IMG/VR virus record: IMGVR_UViG_3300019850_000189
Span: 1 to 64,000 of that record
Reading direction: 5' to 3' (one strand)
Origin: a virus
DNA length: 64,000 nt
The position numbers were made by a program, and so were the translations under genes. Of this stretch, positions 57,550 to 64,000 are shown one piece after another (positions within the stretch are counted from its first letter, which is position 1; each line of letters opens with the position of its first letter). A model generated the notes under the pieces. It had not been told where the DNA came from and searched no databases. It saw nothing but the letters and a program-made list of their open reading frames with translations.

Positions 57550-58338
57550 ATGGACACACTCACAAAAGAATTGATCAATAGTTTCAAAAAAGATTATCCT
57601 TACAATCCATTGGTGGTATTCGGTGAAGATGAGAAATATGGCAAAATTCCAGGCTGGATATCATCTTCAAGTTACAGTTTGAATTGGCTCGCTAGCAAAT
57701 CTCTCCGTAGAGGATTGCCTACCGGCCGGACCGCCGTTATTGTTGGGGATCCCTCGACAGGCAAAACCGCGATTGCCATATCCTGTATGAGAGATCCGAG
57801 CATAGATCTTATTGTTTATTTAGATAGTGAAGGCGGCGGTGCTGATGCCAGTTTTGCCGAATTTTTAGGTGCAGATCCGAAAAAGATATTATATTCTCCA
57901 GTTGATACTATGGATGAGCTTAAATCAAAAATGAGTAAAGTTATAGACACAATCGAGAAAAATCAATCCACTAAAAAGGTATTGGTTGTTATAGATTCAA
58001 TGTCCATGATAAGCACTGAAAAAGAAATGAACCCGGAGAAAGGCTGTTACGTTGAGGGTACCATAGTTCCCACTACTGATGGCTCAAAACCAATAGAAGC
58101 TATTACTATTGGGAATAAAGTAATCACACATCTGGGCGAGTGGAAAGAGGTAGAAAAAGTATGGGAATATACTGATAAAGACGACCTCATAGAAATCACC
58201 ATGGAGAATGATATTACTATCAAATTAACTCCTAATCATCGGCTACTAGTTCAACGAGATGGTTCATTGCAATGGATCGCCGCTGAAGATTTGAAGGTAA
58301 CTGATTTGTTGCAACAATTGGATAACAAAAAGCATTAA
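57550..58338 (+). CDS. uvsX: RecA/UvsX recombinase N-terminal half fused to split-intein N fragment
   Basis: SSSYSLNW...GLPTGR..VGDPSTGKT, YLDSEG, VVIDS, then CYVEGT...TPNHRLL. Confidence 0.9.
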   Translation: MDTLTKELINSFKKDYPYNPLVVFGEDEKYGKIPGWISSSSYSLNWLASKSLRRGLPTGRTAVIVGDPSTGKTAIAISCMRDPSIDLIVYLDSEGGGADASFAEFLGADPKKILYSPVDTMDELKSKMSKVIDTIEKNQSTKKVLVVIDSMSMISTEKEMNPEKGCYVEGTIVPTTDGSKPIEAITIGNKVITHLGEWKEVEKVWEYTDKDDLIEITMENDITIKLTPNHRLLVQRDGSLQWIAAEDLKVTDLLQQLDNKKH

Positions 58339-58580
58339 GGCGGGATAGTGTGTCATTATCATATGGGAGAAGGATTATACAGAAAGCCCAAAAAAGATTG
58401 TACGACAACTTTTAAGGAGTATAAATGATGATTAATTATGAAGATGTTTTTGTAGAGTCAATGTACCGGCCGGTAAGAATAAAGTCCATCAAGAAAATTT
58501 CGAATAAGCAAAAAGTGTATGATTTATCGGTAAAAGATCATAAATCGTATTGCACAAATAATGGCATCATAGGCCATAAT
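58045..58580 (+). mobile_element. Naturally split intein (IntN 97 aa at 58045-58335; IntC 52 aa at 58425-58580)
   Basis: Block A Cys and block B TPNH lie in ORF1; VYDLSV...HKSY...IIGHN|S lies in ORF2, which has its own AAGGAG RBS. Confidence 0.85.
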
Positions 58581-59384
58581 TCAGATATGGGCGCAAAAGC
58601 TAAACAGGTTCGTGAATATTTCAGGATTTATTCTCGCAAAATTCAGAAAATGAACATGTGTCTTCTCATGACCGCTCACTATACTCAAAGGCTGGATCCG
58701 TATGGTCCTCCAAAGGTTGTTGGTGGCGGCACAATTATGGCGTTTGCGCCAAGTCTTACTATTGAATTGAGCCACAATACGAAGGAAAGCGATATTGAAA
58801 AATCAGCCAAGGGTGCCAGCATTGTCGGCCTGAGAGCCAAAATCATAAAGTCGCGACTGGGCACATATGGCAAACAGATGGAGTTCGAGTTTAATATGAA
58901 TCAAGGCCTTGATCCATATTCAGGATTATTCAACATACTCAAAGATTATGGCATTATTATCCCTGCCGCGAAGGATCTGGAGGCACAAATAAAAGAAAAG
59001 AATATCCCTAAAAAGTCAACCGGCGCATGGATATTTAACGCCTGGGAATATCCGGAAATATTTGAAAACTTCAAAAAGCATATTCGCGCATCTGGCAAAT
59101 TCAGGGAAAAGGAATTCAATGGTTTTTGTGCAAAAAATAATGACTGGATTATAGATCTTATTCAATCATCATTGGATAAAGCCACACATATAGATGCGAT
59201 AAAGATGAAACCGGTCCAGGCCGCAGATGACGAAGCTCATGAAGAGACGGAGCCTGCCGTACAAACGGAATCAGATAAACCCAAAACCAAGAAAAAGACC
59301 GAAAAGGCGTCAAAAGACAAGAGCGCGGTAGAACTTCTTGCGGGCACATTGGCACCCAAGTCTGAGAAGAGCCAGAAGAAATAA
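58425..59384 (+). CDS. uvsX: Split-intein C fragment fused to RecA/UvsX C-terminal half
   Basis: GHN|SDMGAKAK, TAHYTQ, VGGG..MAFAPS, KSRLG, GLDPYSGLF. Confidence 0.9.
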   Translation: MMINYEDVFVESMYRPVRIKSIKKISNKQKVYDLSVKDHKSYCTNNGIIGHNSDMGAKAKQVREYFRIYSRKIQKMNMCLLMTAHYTQRLDPYGPPKVVGGGTIMAFAPSLTIELSHNTKESDIEKSAKGASIVGLRAKIIKSRLGTYGKQMEFEFNMNQGLDPYSGLFNILKDYGIIIPAAKDLEAQIKEKNIPKKSTGAWIFNAWEYPEIFENFKKHIRASGKFREKEFNGFCAKNNDWIIDLIQSSLDKATHIDAIKMKPVQAADDEAHEETEPAVQTESDKPKTKKKTEKASKDKSAVELLAGTLAPKSEKSQKK

Positions 59385-59394
59385 AGGGTAATTT

Positions 59395-59949
59395 ATGGAG
59401 ACTGATTTTAAAGTTAGACAGTTGGTCATAGCCCTGTATGCGGTTATTATTCGCTCGCCCATGACGTTCTTCGGCAATATAGTATATTGGGTTGCGCACA
59501 TAAAAGACCTTTCAAAAGCCGTTAGGCAAAAGAAGAAATTGCGCAGCTATGCTCAATACTTTTATGGCGTTATCAGCACCATGAAAGAATATAAATGGAA
59601 ATCTGATCCACTCGGGGGTGCAATAGATTGGAGTCCATGGCCACTTACCATCATAAATAAAAATGAGCAGGACGATTGCGATGGATCCGCTCGCCTCGGC
59701 CGTTGGATGTGTAAATTTTCCAAGGATGTAGAATTCGCGAATGAATATATACTTGTAGATGGCTGGGATGTGCGAAGCGCTCATGTTATATGTATAGGCC
59801 GTTTGAAAGATTCGATGAAATGGTTTTGCTTTAATGTAAGCCAACTTTTAGAGGCCACAAGCTTTGAGAACATTCTAGACCAATTTGTAACAGACGAATT
59901 AACTAGTCATGGCAAATATAAAAATCTTGTTTACTATAAATTAAAATGA
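59395..59949 (+). CDS. Putative transglutaminase-like/papain-fold protein
   Basis: DDCDGSA...AHVIC..WFCF pattern. Confidence 0.55.
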   Translation: METDFKVRQLVIALYAVIIRSPMTFFGNIVYWVAHIKDLSKAVRQKKKLRSYAQYFYGVISTMKEYKWKSDPLGGAIDWSPWPLTIINKNEQDDCDGSARLGRWMCKFSKDVEFANEYILVDGWDVRSAHVICIGRLKDSMKWFCFNVSQLLEATSFENILDQFVTDELTSHGKYKNLVYYKLK

Positions 59950-59980
59950 AAAACATAAAATATATCAGACAGGAAATAAT

Positions 59981-60760
59981 ATGAAAATAGCAGTAGCATC
60001 AGATTTGCACATGGGCAACACAATTGATGTTGATAATAACAAATTCTCATTGCACACTATCGATAATGTGATGAAGTTTATCAAGTATCTGGAGAGCATC
60101 TCTGACAGAGTTTATCTTGCTGGAGATATTTGGGAAGGCTTGAAGTGCCCATTAAAAGCCTCTCTTAAAAAGCATATGCAGGTATTTAGGTATGTTAAGA
60201 AAAATAATAAAATAAAATACATAAGAGGCAATCATGATTGGGCCATGTTAGCTTATGGTTTTGGATATAGAAAAATCATCAGAATTGATGACAAGAATAT
60301 ATATATTGGACATGGCAACCTGTATGATTTCGGAAAAACCTGGTATAAATTTTTAGTAATTCCACTTGATTTATTAATTGGTATAATCGCCTTAATTCTG
60401 TTCCCTTTAAGATTTTTCATAGGCAGATTATTCGGCAGGTTTATTCTGGATAAAGTTCTCGAAGGGAATAAAGTGGATGATATAGATCAGATAGACACCC
60501 AAACAGAAATAAATTTCGAAGATCGCACTGAGCAGTTGGTCCAGGAGCAATTTTTGATATCCAATAACGTAGATACTGCCGCTTTGAGAATACTCAAAAA
60601 TGGTTTTGATGCTGTTATATTTGGGCACACCCATGAAGCCAGAAATGTTAGAGATGGCAAAAAATTGTATTTGAATTCTGGAAGATCCAATCAAAAACAC
60701 TTTGAATATGTTCTTTTGGATACTCAAGATATGAGCGCAAAAGTATGCAGGTTGATATAA
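59981..60760 (+). CDS. Metallophosphoesterase (calcineurin-like)
   Basis: SDLHMG, AGDI, GNHD, GHG, FGHTH, NSG. Confidence 0.9.
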   Translation: MKIAVASDLHMGNTIDVDNNKFSLHTIDNVMKFIKYLESISDRVYLAGDIWEGLKCPLKASLKKHMQVFRYVKKNNKIKYIRGNHDWAMLAYGFGYRKIIRIDDKNIYIGHGNLYDFGKTWYKFLVIPLDLLIGIIALILFPLRFFIGRLFGRFILDKVLEGNKVDDIDQIDTQTEINFEDRTEQLVQEQFLISNNVDTAALRILKNGFDAVIFGHTHEARNVRDGKKLYLNSGRSNQKHFEYVLLDTQDMSAKVCRLI

Positions 60761-60770
60761 GGAGTTTAAA

Positions 60771-61067
60771 ATGAAAGTAAAACAATTCAAAGCTTTGTAT
60801 TTGCGACACAGAGCACAAAGTATCTGCGATGTTGTTTTCATTAAAGATGGCGATATGACGGTCTTAAAAGATGATGATGAGATAGGAGACCGAATGGTTT
60901 TAATACGCCCCAAGGAAAAGATTGTACAAGAAGAGATTACAATTGATATTCCCGCGGATGTCTATCGGTTTATAGCTGAATATGCTCAGAAAAACCGCAT
61001 GATATTTGATGAAGCAATGGAAGAAATGATTAAAAAATCATTAGAGACAAACAAGGAACATATATAG
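60771..61067 (+). CDS. Hypothetical protein with C-terminal ribbon-helix-helix-like segment
   Basis: ITIDIPADVYRFIAEYAQK...MEEMIK. Confidence 0.6.
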   Translation: MKVKQFKALYLRHRAQSICDVVFIKDGDMTVLKDDDEIGDRMVLIRPKEKIVQEEITIDIPADVYRFIAEYAQKNRMIFDEAMEEMIKKSLETNKEHI

Positions 61068-61091
61068 AGGTATATTAATAGGAGGCGTTAG

Positions 61092-61535
61092 ATGACATTA
61101 GCAGAAGCTCTCATGGAGCGCAGAGATATTATTAAGAAAATTAACAAGATTAAAGAAGAGATCAGAAGCAATCTTGTTACGAAAGAGGATTTCCAGTTAC
61201 CTTTTGACATGGATAAACTTTTTGATGATTTCATATTATATCAAAATAAGCTCATGGATATCAACACTAGAATAGATAAAACAAATGTGAAAGTCATTAA
61301 TGACAAATTAAATCAGATCAGAATTTTTGATGCTATCATTATGTTCTACAAGGAATGCAGGAAAGATATACTTCAGGATAGAGGTAGTGGCTTATACCGT
61401 GAAGAACGTCGCTATGTAAGAAATTATGATATTAATCAAATAAACAGTAATATTGATGAATACGAAAAAATTAGGAGAGAACTTGATCGCTCTATTCAGA
61501 AAATAAACTGGAAAACGGAGCTAGAAGAAGAATGA
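61092..61535 (+). CDS. DIP1984-like (DUF6847-type) helical protein
   Basis: MTLAEALMERRDI...INTRIDKTN...RELDRSIQKINWKTEL matches the family pattern as recalled. Confidence 0.75.
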   Translation: MTLAEALMERRDIIKKINKIKEEIRSNLVTKEDFQLPFDMDKLFDDFILYQNKLMDINTRIDKTNVKVINDKLNQIRIFDAIIMFYKECRKDILQDRGSGLYREERRYVRNYDINQINSNIDEYEKIRRELDRSIQKINWKTELEEE

Positions 61536-61538
61536 AAC

Positions 61539-61736
61539 GCGGGCGAATCTATTGGATAATGGAAAAGCAATTCCAAGAGCAAAACCTTGATAGGCACAGC
61601 AGCTGACGTGGTTCAAGACTTACCTTGCCATATAGCAAAACTTCCCACTCAAGAAGCTGTGAGTGTCACCAAAAACTCAAGATTCAAGACTTATCTTAAA
61701 GCTCTTCCGATCTTCTAGCTTTCGCCCACTTTTTTA
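61539..61736 (+). ncRNA. Candidate structured RNA downstream of the DIP1984-like gene
   Basis: Nested helices GGGCGAA/TTCGCCC, GGAAAAGC/GCTCTTCC, CACAGC/GCTGTG and TTGC/GCAA; four TCAAGA repeats; terminal U-run. Confidence 0.55.
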
Positions 61737-61797
61737 TGAGAAATTGAAAATAAAGGAATAGTTTAAATGTTATGCCTGCTAATAAGAACAAAATAAT

Positions 61798-62133
61798 TTA
61801 GCTAATTTTTTTAACTATTTGATATGCCAGCACAATAATATTGTCCATTTTACTAATAATTTCTGTGAATTTGTTTAGCTTTTCCATGGATTCATTAATC
61901 ATTGCAACAGCATCTCCTGCCTCTTCGGTGAGAGCCTTAATATCATTGATGACTTGCTCACTATTGCTAAGCTGCTCCATATCGGCTGCTAAAATACTTT
62001 CAAAGTTTTGCTCCAGTTGTCTTATTCTTGTTCTTACCCGAATTACATCATTCTCCTTTTTATTTCTTAACTGGCGATATTCTGCTCGCAGCCCGTTCAA
62101 AGATGTTTCTAAGCTTTCTAATACATCTGTCAT
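61798..62133 (-). CDS. Hypothetical helical protein
   Basis: 111 aa, coupled to the upstream lipoprotein gene. Confidence 0.7.
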   Translation of the reverse strand: MTDVLESLETSLNGLRAEYRQLRNKKENDVIRVRTRIRQLEQNFESILAADMEQLSNSEQVINDIKALTEEAGDAVAMINESMEKLNKFTEIISKMDNIIVLAYQIVKKIS

Positions 62134-63011
62134 TAATTAACCTCATTGTATATTTTTTCCAGCGATTTTCCATATTGAATAAAATCACGCATATTTCGGT
62201 TATATTTAAATTCTTTCAATGAAGCGTGGATCCCTGGAATTGTTTCATATATTTTATGAACTAATTTAAGTGCCTCAAGATTTCTTTTATATTCTTTATT
62301 AAGATCGAAAGCCCTGTCTGCAATTTCCCTTCTGTGATTTGCATTTTTTTCATTAAACAATTCCTCTTCTATTTGCGCGAACAGCTGAGAATAGTTGTGG
62401 TATAACATAAGTTCTATTTTATCTATGATCTTTATAGACTGAATTGAGTAAGCTTCTATAACGGGTTGATTGTCTTTGAGAATTTCAGCTAAAAGTTCTT
62501 TTCTGCGTCTTTCCATTAATAATCTTGTAATCTCAGCTCCTGAAACTGTTAGCGTTGGCATTATCGCATCGGGCATAGATAATTCTAAATCTTTAATAAC
62601 TTCGTCTGAAGCATCATTTATACCCTTGGCCAATTCCATGAAATTATTTTTATCAACTATCTCAGAACCAGAAAGAGTGACCAGCAATCCAAAATAGTTT
62701 ATGGCAAGGGTATTAATATTATTAATTGCATGTCGCGACAAAGCAATTGCTTTCAACATTGATGTATTTTGCTCCGGATGTATACTATAGGCCGCGTTTC
62801 GTTCAAGAAATATATTATATAGTTCGCGGTCATTAAGTATTATTTCTTCTTCTAAAATCCTGTTAGTGAGATCGTAATTCTCATCAAGAACCGAATTAAT
62901 TGTTTTTGCGGCATTATTTGCAGTATCTAAAAGCGATGTGAAATTATCTGTTTGGATGGAGGAACAGCTTACTGTCATAAATATAATTAATATTAACCAC
63001 AGTTTTTTCAT
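62133..63011 (-). CDS. Putative lipoprotein
   Basis: MKK plus hydrophobic stretch plus TVS-C lipobox-like site; helical mature domain. Confidence 0.65.
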   Translation of the reverse strand: MKKLWLILIIFMTVSCSSIQTDNFTSLLDTANNAAKTINSVLDENYDLTNRILEEEIILNDRELYNIFLERNAAYSIHPEQNTSMLKAIALSRHAINNINTLAINYFGLLVTLSGSEIVDKNNFMELAKGINDASDEVIKDLELSMPDAIMPTLTVSGAEITRLLMERRRKELLAEILKDNQPVIEAYSIQSIKIIDKIELMLYHNYSQLFAQIEEELFNEKNANHRREIADRAFDLNKEYKRNLEALKLVHKIYETIPGIHASLKEFKYNRNMRDFIQYGKSLEKIYNEVN

Positions 63012-63095
63012 TTAATTTCCCTATTGTCGATCTTATCTTTGAATGGTTACATATATAATAATAAGATGTCACAAAAACAGAAAAGAGGTAATTTA

Positions 63096-64000
63096 ATGTC
63101 CAACAGTTTAGAATTAAGCTTGTGGCGCGCAGCTAATGAATTAAGAACTAACAGTAACTTGGATGCACATGAATATATGAAGCCGGTTTTAGGCTTAATA
63201 TTTTTAAAATGCGCTGAGCGATCTAATTTTATAAATACACCAGAAAAAGCTACATTCTCATATATTAAGGAACACAAGTCTGGACTGGGTACCATTTTGA
63301 ATAAAGCCATGATGATTATAGAAGAAAACAATAACATGCTTAAAAATTCATTACCTAAAATGTATGATGCGCTAGATGATAGTGTACTGGCTTCTTTAAT
63401 TAATTTACTTGACAGTATTGCAGCAAAAAAAGATAAGGACTTCTTTGGCCAAATATATGAATACTTTTTAGGTAAATTTGCTCTAATGGAGGGCAGAAAT
63501 GGAGGGGAGTACTATACTCCTTCTTCTATTGTAAAATTAATATGCGCCATTATAAAACCTAAAAATGGCAAGTTGCTCGATCCGGCATGCGGTTCTGGCG
63601 GTATGTTTGTTCAGGCCTTAAAAAATACCGAAAATTTAGAAATTTTCGGGCAAGAGAAATCACATGATTCAATAAATGTATGTAAAATGAATCTAGCCGC
63701 GCACGGCTCAGAAGGCACGATTGTACAAGGGAATTCTTATTATGAAAGCAAATATGATGAAAAATTCGATTTTGTAATGGCAAATCCACCTTTTAACGCT
63801 AAACAATTTAATGCCGACAAACTAAAAAAAGATTATAGATATAAATATGGTATTCCGAATACAAATGCGAATTACTTATGGATTCAAATATTTATAAATG
63901 CGCTTAATGAAACAGGGCGCGCCGGTTTTGTTATGTCTAATATAGCTGCTGATGCTAGTTATACAGAATTAGATATACGAAAAAAGATTATAAAAGACAG
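63096..64000 (+). CDS. hsdM: Type I restriction-modification methyltransferase subunit (N6-adenine), truncated by window end
   Basis: LWRAANELR, YEYFLGKFA, GEYYTP, DPACGSGGMF, ANPPFN, NANYLWIQ; missing from the ORF track because it has no stop in the window. Confidence 0.93.
   Translation, partial: MSNSLELSLWRAANELRTNSNLDAHEYMKPVLGLIFLKCAERSNFINTPEKATFSYIKEHKSGLGTILNKAMMIIEENNNMLKNSLPKMYDALDDSVLASLINLLDSIAAKKDKDFFGQIYEYFLGKFALMEGRNGGEYYTPSSIVKLICAIIKPKNGKLLDPACGSGGMFVQALKNTENLEIFGQEKSHDSINVCKMNLAAHGSEGTIVQGNSYYESKYDEKFDFVMANPPFNAKQFNADKLKKDYRYKYGIPNTNANYLWIQIFINALNETGRAGFVMSNIAADASYTELDIRKKIIKD

Noticed and set aside
58336-58427. RecA break as a simple frameshift or pseudogene
   Set aside because: The break falls where inteins naturally split, the second half has a strong RBS and start, and both halves keep all motifs
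1-64000. tRNA, tmRNA, rRNA genes, integrase or transposase
   Set aside because: No T-loop or cloverleaf signature in the intergenic gaps and no recognisable catalytic motifs; a tRNAscan/Infernal run would be needed to be certain

Overview
This AT-rich 64-kb window reads as part of a large T4-like (myovirus/jumbo-type) bacteriophage genome, with no sign of a cellular chromosome. 1-30.7 kb (minus strand): an array of at least 7 MORN-variant-repeat genes, two free-standing homing endonucleases, the head module (major capsid, scaffold, prohead protease, intein-bearing portal, large terminase), a sigma factor, an intein-bearing class II ribonucleotide reductase, an HTH replication-initiator-like gene with internal repeats, and a sugar cytidylyltransferase plus HAD phosphatase. 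30.7-52.3 kb (mostly plus strand): small basic putative virion proteins, a ferritin-like protein, neck/tail genes (gp14, gp15, sheath, tube, baseplate hub) and gp47/gp46. 52.3-64 kb: an intein-bearing transglutaminase-like protein, peptide deformylase, a RecA/UvsX divided over two genes by a naturally split intein, a metallophosphoesterase, a DIP1984-like gene followed by a ~190-nt structured non-coding element, and a type I methyltransferase (HsdM) running off the end. Best leads: the modular MORN repeat library; the split-intein RecA; the candidate structured RNA with TCAAGA repeats; a mini-protein copying the capsid N-arm; a shared N-terminal capsid-targeting-like peptide on many small genes, including a host-type ferritin; and two recurrent promoter-like motifs. 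No tRNA, rRNA, CRISPR array or reverse transcriptase was recognised. All family calls come from motif recognition by eye, without database searches.
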